DNA from: Eledone cirrhosa
Lineage: Eukaryota
Direction: 5' to 3'
NCBI GenBank assembly: GCA_964016885.1
Contig: OZ024742.1
Location: 235,042,001 to 235,106,000 of the forward strand
DNA: 64,000 nucleotides
The position numbers and the translations under genes are program-made. Positions 39,411-50,704 of this stretch are shown here, one piece after another; position 1 is the stretch's first letter; each line of letters begins with the position of its first letter. A model generated the notes under the pieces. It had not been told where the DNA came from, did no database searches, and saw only the letters and a list, made by a program, of their open reading frames with translations.

Positions 39411-40173
39411 TGTGCAAACTGACAAAACCCCACAGAACTAACCTTGAGTTAAACAACATCATACACAATATATTTAATCTAGCTTTCTCATATGGTGAAA
39501 AGCCCTTATCCCTTTCATAACTGTATTTTTAATTCAATGTGTTAGTTTAATTAATTAACGAAAAATTTGGAGGGATTTACTAGAATTATTGTTTCATTAA
39601 GATGGCATTTCTAATAACAAAATGTTCTTAGATAAAATTTGTTGCACAGTTTTAATATAAATAGAATTCCTTTAAAGTGGGTGTTTTGTTTCCTAGAGAA
39701 AGATGTGGTTTGTAGGCAGGTTGGTATCAAAATGAATTTCCTTGAGAGTTTATGATTCGTTGGCTACCCTCAACCTGAATTAGTTGCCCTTCAATGCTAT
39801 TATCCAAAAGTGGTACAATACTGCTTGCAGACAGTTCATGAAGTCACAAGGAAGAGCTGGGTGTCTGTGGGAGCCAATGACAAACAAACTGTCCTGAAAA
39901 AGAATTGGCAAGGACCTTACCAAAAGTAATGTTTCTCCTTGACATTCCATATCTCACCAGAACCATCACATTCTCAACATACTGATTGCAGGAATGGATT
40001 AGCTATTAAACAAAATAAACATGTATTGGAGATCAAAGGAAAAGGGGCACCATTTTATTCAAATTAAATGTAATTGTCATTCCCCACCAAATGCTGTTGT
40101 TTTTTTCAATCTGGCCCAGATTGAGTGATTAATGTATCCAATCATTTGAAGCTGTTTTCATTTATTTTAATAG

Positions 40174-40308
40174 ACTTCTTACAGCTATTACTTCAATGGC
40201 TTTACCTGGTATACCAAGCTCAAGTATCGTCACTTTGATTTTATTGTTCACTTCCATGAATATTTCTCCAAAACCTATTGCCATGCTTTATGCTCTGGAA
40301 TGGATTTT
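40174..40308 (+). CDS. SLC1-family transporter, exon E (HP2-TM8a)
   Basis: taatag acceptor and gtaagt donor; 135 nt, phase 2-2. Encodes LLTAITSMALPGIPSSSIVTLILLFTSMNISPKPIAMLYALEWI(L), similar to EAAT TAASIGAAGIPQAGLVTM...IAVDWFL. Confidence 0.93.
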
Positions 40309-40509
40309 GTAAGTATTTTCATCTTCTCATTTTATCAAAACGATTTTTGAAAGTGACAGCATTAACACAGAATATATTAAAACTCCCTTGTTCTCTTTCC
40401 AGCCCTAGATTACTTTATTTTTAAAATCAATTTTGTTGGGGTAATTTCGTTTCAAGTAATAATCAATTTCTTAAACTATTAAGTAACAGGATTTTGTTAT
40501 TAATTTCTT

Positions 40510-41200
40510 ATAATAATAATAATGAAAATATTGTGTACAGTGCTCTGGTGCACTATAACTCATCAAAGGTGCATGTATAGTACATAGAATAAAGTACAAA
40601 TGTCAGGAAAGTGAACAGTGTATGAGTCATGATATACACACAGATACATGCATGCGTGTGTATGGAGAGGGATTATCAGATGTAGTGTTGCCAAATTTCC
40701 GGAAGCATGGAGGTTTTAAAAGATGCAGTGTCTCGGCAGCTAACAACTGATGCAAGTAGTTTGTTCCATGCTTCAACAACTCTGAGCGTGAAAAAATCTT
40801 TCCAAAAGTCATGGGAGCTGTGCTGTTTTCTGACTTTGTAGACACATGGAATTCAAAAAAGGTGCTCAGGGTTATTGTTGGCAAGATGGTTAATAATTTT
40901 GTGGGTGTTTACCAAGTCAGTTGCCAGATGTTGGAGCTTCAATGTATCCATTCCCAGGGAAGCAAGGCGTTCAAAGTATGGTAGATGCTTGATGGAGGGT
41001 ATTCACTTGGTTGCACATCTCTAAACTGTTTCCAGAAGGTCAATGTTCTGAGCAGGATAGGGGTTCCAGACTGGTGATGCAAATTCTAAGTGTGGCCACA
41101 CCATAGCTATATACAGATTTAAATAGATGGCTGGAGAGCAGCTGTCAAAGGTCTTACTGAGTGATGCCAAGACACCCTCGGCCTTCTTGACAATTTTATA
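40510..41200 (-). mobile_element. CR1-like LINE 3' fragment
   Basis: Minus strand has PHLEFASPVWNPY..QNIDLLETV and LPYFERL remnants and an (ATT)n tail. The same tail occurs at about 52770-52957 and 59825-59873. Confidence 0.75.
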
Positions 41201-43698
41201 TTGATAAAGAATTACATGACCTTTTCATTGCTTAGTCACTAATTATACTGAATTTTGCCTTAACAAGGTTAATGGGGTATTAAAGCAAATACAGTGATAG
41301 CTGTAACAAATACATTTCCTGTTTCTGAATCTCACCTTTAAAACAATTTACTTTACTTCCCAGTTTTTACAGCAGAAAGACGAAACTATAGATGCCAACT
41401 TTTTTTTTGTAATGCACCTATTCTATGTGTTAAAAGGGTGTTTTGATTTTGAGATTTTTCCAGTATACATAAAGGTTACTTTTGAAATGGTCAGTTAGCT
41501 AGATTAAGTTCTTTCCAGACCCTAAGTACTTAAAAGTTTGAGGGGAAATGACAAATACATTTAATTTGAATAAAATGGTGCCCCTTTTCCTTTGATGCCC
41601 TAAGCATGTATTTGTTCTGCTTAATGGTTAATCCATCCCTACAATCGGTATGTTGACAATGTGAAGGTTCTGGTGAGATATGGAATGTCAAGGACGCACA
41701 TTACCTTTGTTTAGACAAGATTTTCTGCCCTGTTAGCTAGTGCTTTTTGTAAAGCTTAGTAGGAAGAGGAAGGGCAAGGCTAGTGGAAGGAAGTTATTCT
41801 AAGATCAGAGACTGGATTTGGATGCTTACAATAGACTGTACTCCACTAAAAGCATCCATGGACCAGATGGTGGTGTTACACTGGTCATTGCTTCTGAAGT
41901 AATTTGTATAAATGGCCTTCTGTTGATAGCTGTCAGTTCATTGCAAAGTTAACCTCCAATTATTGCTGGTATTCATTGTTTCAGCTGAATAGATTGGAGC
42001 AGTGTGAAATGAAGTGCAGTCTGGGGATCAAACCCATGCCATTATTATCATGAGCCAAACACCCCAAAACTCCCAGGTTTCGCACAAACTCACAAACAAC
42101 CAATTACACCAAATCCCCACAAAGAGAAAGAAATCCTTTATTTTCCCCATTCACTCAAGTGACATCACTGCTCCTCAACCCCAGCTTGCATCTGCACCAG
42201 AGAATAACTGTTCAATTGCTGTCATTTCCATTGTGGTAGACTGTTGTTTATTTCTTCCCACAAATTGGCCTTCTGAAATTATTATTTTCATTATTAATAA
42301 TACGTGGCTTCAAATCCAGCTAGGGTTAACTTTGCTTTTCGTTTTTCCAGGGTCAATAAAATAAAGTACCAGTTAAGTACTGGGTTAATATAATTAACTC
42401 CATCCCCATCACCACTACTACTGTTACTATCACTATCACTACTACTAATTATAAAAAAGTGCTGGAATAGCATAAATGGTAAGCCATCAGCAAAATGCCT
42501 TGTAGTATATAGTTTTGTCACCTTATTTATCTGAGTTTAAATCCTACCAGCATTAGTTTTGTCCTATTCAACTTCACTGGACTATTAAAATAAATATCAT
42601 GTACTAGAGTTGATTAAACATTCAATATTCTTCCAGAATGTGTGATTTTCTGTCTATATTAGGAAAACTTTGCCTTTCATCCTTACGGGGTCGATAAAAT
42701 AAAGTACCAGTAATACACTGAGTAATTGCTGGCCTTGTGCCAAAAGTAGAAACAATTATTATTATAAGATGGGGGTGCAGTTGATTGGTACTGAATTGCT
42801 TTGCAGCATTCAGCTATGTCTCATTATGTTCTGAATAGAAATCCTACAGAGTTTAATTTTATCTTTCATCCTTTCAAGGTTGATAAAATAAAGTACCACT
42901 ACCTTCTGGTTTCTAATCCTACTATGGTTGATTTTACTATTTATTCCTTTTGGTCCAATCTCAGTTGATTTAACTTTTAACATCCTATACTGCATAAAAC
43001 CACATTAGCATGATATTCTTGAAAAATATAAAACAGTACTATGATTGCATCTCATTAAAAATTATAGTCTTTACTCTAATACTGCAAATTTTCACAACAA
43101 TCTGTCCACTACTAAAGATTCTATAAACATTTAAATTAACAATTCTATTTTTAAATATTTTTTGCCTCATCATTGCTGGGTGTTAAGAGTTAAATGTATT
43201 TCTAATCCTTAGTATTGTTGGATCTCTGTTGATCCCGACAATGACTGTTTGTCTTTTGAACAACAGAACACCCTGCTCATGATATTAACATGTAAGTGGC
43301 TGAGTTTTCCACAGATATGTGTACCCTTAATGTAGTTCTCAGGGCAATTCGGTGTGACACAGGGTATGACAAGATGGACCATTTTGAATTATAGGTACAA
43401 CTCACTTTTTCCATCTAAGTGGACTGAAGCAACATGAAATAAAGTATCTTGCTCAAAGACACAATGTGCTACTCAGGCTGGGAATCAAACTCATAATCTT
43501 ATGATTGTGAGCCCAGCAACCTAACTTCTAAGTCATCCACCTTCACGGAAATTACTTAATATTGGTTTCAAAATATTTATTTTCTCTACACTATATGTAT
43601 GTATTGAGAGTCTGTCTCATAAAACATGACTTTTATTGTATCATTACAACTTCAAATTAATATTTTGACGTATATTTTTATATTTGTCTTCCTTTCAG

Positions 43699-43930
43699 AG
43701 ACCGACTAAGAACTGGCAACAATGCACTTAGTCACATCTTAGGATGCTTAATTGTTGATCATTTTATGAAGTTCTCAATGACTACGGAACATAAAAAACA
43801 CAAAGGGGACGAAAACTGTGAAGAACTGAAAATTATGACATCAACTGTAACTGCAAGTCCTGAAGAATCAGCTCTACTAGAAGAGAAAAACAGTTTGTTT
43901 CTAAATGGCAACACCACAATGAGTGATTAA
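43699..43930 (+). CDS. SLC1-family transporter, terminal coding exon F (TM8b and cytoplasmic tail, stop TAA)
   Basis: ctttcag acceptor. Encodes DRLRTGNNALSHILGCLIVDHFMKFSMTTEHKKHKGDENCEELKIMTSTVTASPEESALLEEKNSLFLNGNTTMSD*, containing the DRLRT TM8 signature. Confidence 0.93.
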
Positions 43931-43978
43931 TAGTTAAATAACTAACAAATAGTTTTATCGTTCTACATGGCTGAATAC

Positions 43979-44774
43979 AAGAAATGTATATCTGAGTTTT
44001 TTTAATATTAATAATAATATTCGATTCATTTGCAATTATGCAAACAGCCTCTTTAAGCCATGTGAGTAGAATTATGGGGTTGGTTATTCTATTCACATGG
44101 CTTAAAGTGGCTGTTTGCATAATTGCAAACGAATCAAATATTACATTATATACATTGGACGGATAGGTGTCATCTTGTTTTGTTGTTAACACAACGTTTC
44201 GGCTGATGTACTCTCCAGCCTTCATCAGGTGTCCTAGTGATGTTATTATTAACGTTTGTTCAGGTCACTGCCTAGAATTGTACTCGGAATCTTGAGGTTA
44301 GTAGTCCGACTCTCTACCGATACTGCCATAATAGTTAGAGAACACCACTGGAAAACACGAAAACTAAAAGAGGCAGCAAATATGCTAGGACACAATAACC
44401 TCCTAAGCAGACCTAGTGCAGATATGAGTAGTATATGGGAACCAGTATTGAGGAAGGATAGAAAAATATCAGTTTATAAACCCTAAAAATGCACGAGAAA
44501 AAAAAAAAAAGTGGTTAAAAAGCAGGCTACTAATCTCAAGATTCCGAGTACAATTCTAGGCAGTGACCTGAACAAACGTTAATAATAACATCACTAGCAC
44601 TCCTGATGAAGGCTGGAGAGTACATCAGCCGAAACGTTGTGTTAACAACAAAACAAGATGAGGACACCTATCCGTCCAATGTATATAATGTAAATAATTC
44701 CTCGTCTCAAAAATATAGAACAGTAGAATCAAATATTATTATCAATATTCAAAAAACTCAGATATACATTTCTT
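43979..44774. mobile_element. Penelope-like 3' remnant with inverted pseudo-LTRs, immediately downstream of the SLC1 stop codon
   Basis: Inverted arms at 44141-44304/44527-44693 and 43979-44027/44726-44774. The spacer encodes a GIY-YIG-like tail, EHHWKTRKLKEAANM..N.LSRPS....IWEPVL. A nested hairpin lies at 44018-44140. Confidence 0.85.
44188..44233 (-). ncRNA. Minimal hammerhead ribozyme motif (mirror copy at 44598-44643, +)
   Basis: GACAC-CTGATGA-A-GGCTG-(10 nt)-CAGCC-GAA-ACGT-T-GTGTT. In the + copy the stem I 5' arm is changed to CACTC. Confidence 0.75.
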
Positions 44775-44791
44775 ATATATATGTATATATA

Positions 44792-45295
44792 TATAATTAG
44801 TTACAACAGTGATATATACAGGTACTTAAGTTTCGTTGGTTTATGAACCCCAATTCCTTCAGCCTATTATAAAAACAAAGATGTCCTCTGGTGGTTGAGT
44901 TGAATCTTTTATGAAGATTATTCAAGAGTTCTAACAAAGGAAGGTAATTTCGAAAATAGTTATAAATAACTATAAATAATCAAAATCATTAGATAGGTTC
45001 AAGGGAAGTAACTCTTCCAAAAGTATCGAGATTAGGGAAAATTTTTGCTAAGTTAACTCAATCCAAATTCATTGGCATACAAATTAGTTAGTCAGGTCTA
45101 TACCATTTACTCAGAATGTACTTTGTTTCGTGTGGACAGTGACTAAAGCAGTCAAGGCGTGTATTTAAGTAGTGTTTATCTGAAGCTAGTTGAGAGAGTA
45201 TATTCCATACTTATTTATAACAGGTTGAAGAAGTTGGAACGCATAACTCAACAAAACTTATGTACCTGTATATGTCACTGTTGTAACTAATTATA
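44792..45295. mobile_element. Second Penelope-like remnant with ~85-bp inverted ends, each with a hammerhead-like motif
   Basis: 44818-44867 (-) reads ATAGG-CTGAAGG-A-ATTGG..CCAAC-GAA-ACTTAAGT-A-CCTGT. 45220-45269 (+) reads ACAGG-TTGAAGA-A-GTTG..CAAC-AAA-ACTTATGT-A-CCTGT. Confidence 0.7.
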
Positions 45296-45358
45296 CTTAA
45301 CTCGTCCTATGGACTGAGTGCTCTTACCCTTGAATATTTCTACCAAACTTTTATTACA

Positions 45359-45397
<39 letters not shown>

Positions 45398-45414
45398 GCA
45401 TTTGAGCATATATG

Positions 45415-45463
<49 letters not shown>

Positions 45464-45973
45464 TAGAAAAGGAAAGGTGTCAATCATCAGAGCAGACCAA
45501 GGAAACAATGTTTCCATTGTTGATACTATCTGTTGGTTGCAACTCATGGCAGAAGGATCAATGTGAAAAAAGTACTTTGCTCAATAACACAATTTGCCAC
45601 TTCGTCAAGGAATCGAACCCATAACTTTTTTTTTTTTTTCTAGAATCTATTCTACCATAAGAGAAAAATAATTTGCGTTTAAATGCCACCAGAATGGGGT
45701 AATGACATTGGCCATGGGACTGTTTCATTTATTTAATTCTGTATCACATCAACATTATTTCCTCTCAAAATTATCATTGCTAATATATATATATATAAAT
45801 ATATAAATGGAGAAAGCTAATAGCGATACTCCGGCCAAATTCCAACTCACTCAACAAACATTAGGAAATATCTGAGTATATTCCTAATTAAACGTTTGGG
45901 GTGCTAACTATATAGTATTGTGTGGAGAATTGGCTGTATCATTTCATATGAGATATATCAAATATATCACTTT

Positions 45974-46094
45974 CCAGACGACTCGTTTCATTATAAGATT
46001 TCTACAAGTTGGGTGAAATTATACCAAATTATGTAGAAGCTTGTATAAGATCAACAGATACTTATTCAAGTGGGTTCTTATAATTCTTCAGTGA
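45974..46094 (-). ncRNA. Hammerhead-like motif downstream of a GIY-YIG-like tail
   Basis: TCA-CTGAAGA-ATTATAAGA...TCTTATAAT-GAA-ACGAGTCGT-C-TGG. The upstream minus-strand ORF 46208-46408 contains IEFLARGLN, similar to the PLE endonuclease end P.GLN. Confidence 0.6.
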
Positions 46095-46558
46095 GTGCCC
46101 AATAATATTAATATTGATAACCAAATCAACATCAATATTTAGCGATAATCACCAACAGTGCTTGAGGGAGCTGCTAGGTTGTTAGTCCAGCAGTTCTAAA
46201 GAAAATCTCACACTGTCTCGAAAATAGGAGGAAGGAGACTAACACCAAAAACAATACATGCGCAGGTCGTTGAATTCCGATAAGAATTCAAGCCACGTGC
46301 TAAGAACTCAATTGGATATGAAAAAATAACCATATGTGCGCATCGCTTAATAACACATATAGATATTTTCTCGGGCAAAATAACAGAATGAGATACAAGA
46401 ACAAACAATCAATATTCATATAAAATAAACTAAGAGTGTCATACCTTATATCAGGAAATATATATATATATAAAGAAGATAGACGGTTTTAAATGTACAT
46501 CCTCTGCTTATTATATCTGATCAACCAACTTTCCTAAATTGAATAATATATATATATA

Positions 46559-46585
46559 TACTAGCAGAATGGCCCAGCGTTGCTC

Positions 46586-46625
<40 letters not shown>

Positions 46626-47045
46626 TAACAGATTAAAGTTTAAGCAAAGAATCGCTGCTTTCACCCTTAACGGGATCTTCTGAAACTAAAATAAAAAATC
46701 AATCTGTGAACGCAGAAGTAAATATTTCGAAAAACCTTACACACACTATATATATATATATACACACACACTATATATACATATACACACACACACAGCT
46801 ACGTCATAATGTCGTAATGCAGACAGCCAGATATTATAAGGGCGCAACGTTATATCTATGTATCTATCTAAAAAGAGAAAGACTAAGAGAGAGAGATCGC
46901 TAAATCGCCTAATGCAGTCCTTAGGGCATTGAAAATTTGATATATCTTTTGCTCAGAATACTCACAGGACCATAAGTATTACATATGTAAAGTTTGAAAA
47001 CAATCGGTTGGGTGGTTCTCGAGTTTTAGTGATCAGACAGACATT
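46559..47045 (+). mobile_element. Possible Helentron/DINE-like non-autonomous element, interrupted by TA tracts and other repeats
   Basis: actagcagaatggcccagcgttgctcggg start and aagtttgaaaacaatcggttgggtggttctcgag...cagacagac segment resemble such elements (from memory). Confidence 0.4.
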
Positions 47046-47685
47046 CATGGATGTGTAACAGTAATATACGTGAACGACAAAGCATAAATGAATTGAGAGA
47101 GAGACTGAGCATAAGAGGAATCAAATGCTGCGTGCAGGAGAGGCGGTTACGCTGGTATGGACATGTGATGCGTATGAAGGATGACAGCTGCATAAAAAGG
47201 TGCAGAGCACTAGAAGTTGATGGAAACCGCGGAGTGGGGAGACCCAAGATGACTTGGGATGAGGTGATAAAAGCCGACCTTACCCAACTACACCTCTCAA
47301 AGTCAATGACACACGACCGTGACTTCTGGCGTCACGCAGTAATACAGGGTACCCGACCTCCCATGGGTACATGCTGAAGCATATAAACAATATGCCCCCC
47401 CCCCCCCCACCGCAAGGTGGTCGTGGAGGTGCCACGGCAAAAAAGCACCCAGCCCACACTGTAAAGTGGACGTGTAGGCGCCACGAAAAAGCACCCAGCA
47501 CTCACTGTAAATGAGGTTGGTGTTAGGAAGGGCATCCAGCTGTAGAAATCAAGCCAGATCAGTTCCTGTATGAGCAAGGCATGGTCAGCCGACCAGACAC
47601 TGCCCACAACAGGACAACCCGTCTAACCCATGCTAGCGTGGAAGAACGGACGTAAAACGGTGATGATGATGATGATGATGATGAT
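47046..47685 (+). mobile_element. RTE LINE subfamily B, 3' fragment
   Basis: Nearly identical to the reverse complement of 3250-3870, with a (TGA)n tail. A family A 3' UTR fragment follows at 47787-48063. Confidence 0.9.
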
Positions 47686-47741
47686 TCTCTGTTTTAGATA
47701 TATAGATAGATATATATCGTCATTTTCCACGCTAGAATGGG

Positions 47742-47790
<49 letters not shown>

Positions 47791-48859
47791 TGCCACAACA
47801 TCCAGGTCGTAACAAATGAGATCGTGTAGGTGTCACGACAAAAAAACACACAGTCCACGCTATAATGTGGCCGTGTAGGTAACACGGTAAACACCTCCCA
47901 GTCCCACACTGTAAATGTGGTTGGTGTTAGGAAGGGCATCCAGCTGTAGAAAACCCGCCAGACAGTCCTATGCGAGCAAGACAACCACTCTTGCCTCAAG
48001 TGGAAAAACGCGCGTCTAAACCAATGCAAGCGTGGAACATGGACGTTAAACGATGATGATGATGAAAAAAAAATATATATGCAAGCAGGGAAAATAGATG
48101 TAGAACTGTGGATTTTGTAAGAGGTGTAGTATTTTTCTATTTATATATATAGATAGCATGACAAGGGCAGACAGTACCGGGTGCTAGAAAGAGAAGTAAA
48201 TTCTCCCACAAGTGCACCCTGCCCTCATTCTGTTTTCGAAAATAAGTCAATAGCGAGCCTTGATGAAGGTTAGTTTAGTTGAAAACACAAAAAACATTAA
48301 TTATTATCAATTTTATTTAGTATTAGTAGCAGTCAACTTACAAACAAACTTCATTTTTATAAGACTATAGATTTGGTAATAATGGAGCTTAAGAAAATCT
48401 TTTACCATCTTTTTTCCCCGCTGTTGAAACGTATTTCATAAATCTCTTTATCTCGTCTATCCATTATTATTTAAGTGATCTGTGGGGCGATGGATTGGTT
48501 GTATCAGGCAACATGCTTTGTAGTGTATAGTTACGATCCTTTACATTCTGAGTTTAAATCCTGTATGGTTAGCTTTGTGGGGTTGATAAAATAATGTACC
48601 AGTAATGTACTGGAGCTGCTTTAATAGACTTTCTCTTCCCAAAAATTGTTGTCCTCGTATCTAAATCAGAAACCACTATTTTAGTCTCTGTGCATCTGCA
48701 TTCATACAACACACCAGATTTATATTTTTGATTTGGTATGGATTATACCTCTGTTGTGAATTGATTCATTCCCTTTACTGATTGTCGGATCACCTTGAGC
48801 TTGAAATTTTGATAACTTTACTCACCTGAACTTTTACCCTTGCTCTGTAATCTGAAGGG

Positions 48860-50700
48860 TGCTAAGAAAGTTAGGTGTAGATGAATGGCTTGTGAAGACT
48901 ATGCAAATACAGAAGCACAACTAGCAAGATGAGAGTTAGTAGTGAGTACAGTAATGAATATAAAGTGCAGGTTGGGGTCCCCCAGGGCTTAGTCTTAAGC
49001 CCACTTCTATTTATCATTGTCGTTCAAGCCATTACGGAGAAGTTTAAAACTGGCATGCCACAGGAACTCCTGTATACTGATCTAGTCCTTATAGCCAAAA
49101 CTTTGGGAGAAAATCCTAGAATCGAAAAGCCTAATAGTAAACTTAGCAAAGACTAAAGTCTTAATAAGTAGGACAGGAAGCTGATACCATCAGGGAAATG
49201 GCCTTGCTTGATATGTTGAAAAGGGGTGGACAGGACCTCCATAAGGTGCACACAATATAATCTATGGATGCATAAGAGATGTAGTGGAATTGAAAACAGG
49301 TTAACGGAGAAGATAGATTTTATATGTAACAGATACACAGGAGCAGTAAACACTGAGAGCACATGGAAAATTGATTTCCATAGCTGCAAGGGAGGCTCCT
49401 GAGAAGTTGCTGACAGCTGTTGTTACCTAGGTAACCTAATCAGCAGTGGGGAAGAATACTCTGAAAGTGTGATAAACTGGATAAGAATGGGCTGGAAGAA
49501 CATTAGGGAATTGGTATCACAGCTGACAACAAAGGGCTTCTCTCAAACTGAAATGCAGCATGGAAATGAGATATAACCTTGACTGTATAAGACTTGAAAA
49601 GACTAGAAAGAAATGAAGTGAATATGCTCTTATGGATGTGTAATGCATGAGGTACATAGCATAAGCAAGCTCAGAAAAAAACATGGTATAAGAGGAATTG
49701 GATGTAGTGTACAAGAGAGAAAACTGCAATTGTATAGGTATGTGATGTGTATGGAAGATGACAACTGTATAAAGATGTGCAGAGAAATTTCAGTGAATAG
49801 AACTTGTGCAGACCAAGGAAGGGATGTGATAAGGTAGTGAAGACTGACCTCACCAAGCCGAATTTCACACCAGATATGACAACGAAAGGCATAGATTGGT
49901 GACATGCTGTGCTGGTGTTGACCTGTCTACCAACCTAAAACTTCACGTCACCTGATCCATCATCATAAATCCCACCCACCTCGCTATCACCTCTTAGTAG
50001 ATATCCTCACTATCACTCCTCCATTCTCCTCCACCAAAAAACCACTATTCTCACCCTCAAAGTAGCTATTCTCAACATCACTTTACACTCTCACTCCTAC
50101 TCTATCCAGTGTGATTACCCATCCTCACACTCAATTCTAAATCCTCCTCCTAAAACCCTGACACACCAGTAATAACTCCTTAGTAGTTGTTATTACCACA
50201 GTACTCTTTTTTCCCACTCACCACACTTCACCCTGTCAAATTCCTCCACATTTGATACCCACCCATGACATACACCTCACACTCGTCTATGGGGTAGAGA
50301 GAGCTCTTCCATTGAGTCAATGATGATAACCTCTCTAATGCTGTATCCAGCTGTAGAAAACTTGCCAAACAGAGTCAAGAGGACTTCAGTTGTATAAAAG
50401 ACATGACAACTTCCCTGGTGTTTGTAATTTAAATGATAAATGCACACAGTAGATTCTGTAAAGTGGTTGGTAATAGGAAGGATACCTAGCCATAGAAAGC
50501 CTGCCAAACAAAGTGTCAACAGACTCTTCAATTGTGTCAAAAACATGACAACTTCCTAGTGTTGGTGTCATAATAAATGCACTCGGTAGAGTATGGGAAT
50601 GTAAGTGGGATGCATGCCCACCTCGAAGTTGGTAGTTTTGTTTGAGTATTGACTGGCCAATGACAGGGAAGGGAAAACATGTTAAATGATGATATATATA
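48860..50700 (+). mobile_element. Old degenerate RTE LINE
   Basis: GVPQGLVLSPLLF motif, a decayed PHD-like segment, many stops and the family tail. Confidence 0.75.
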
Positions 50701-50704
50701 TATA

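Larger units (their letters stand above)
39936..41694. repeat. ~150-bp inverted repeat pair (39936-40085 and 41542-41694) bracketing exon E
   Basis: tccttgacattccatatctcaccagaacc...atcaaaggaaaaggggcaccattttattcaaattaaatgta.ttgtcatt(t)cccc and its reverse complement. Confidence 0.9.

Noticed and set aside
43833-44800. Two similar ORFs starting MKAGEYISRNVVLTTKQD on opposite strands
   Set aside because: They arise from the inverted repeat, and their ATG lies inside the hammerhead core.
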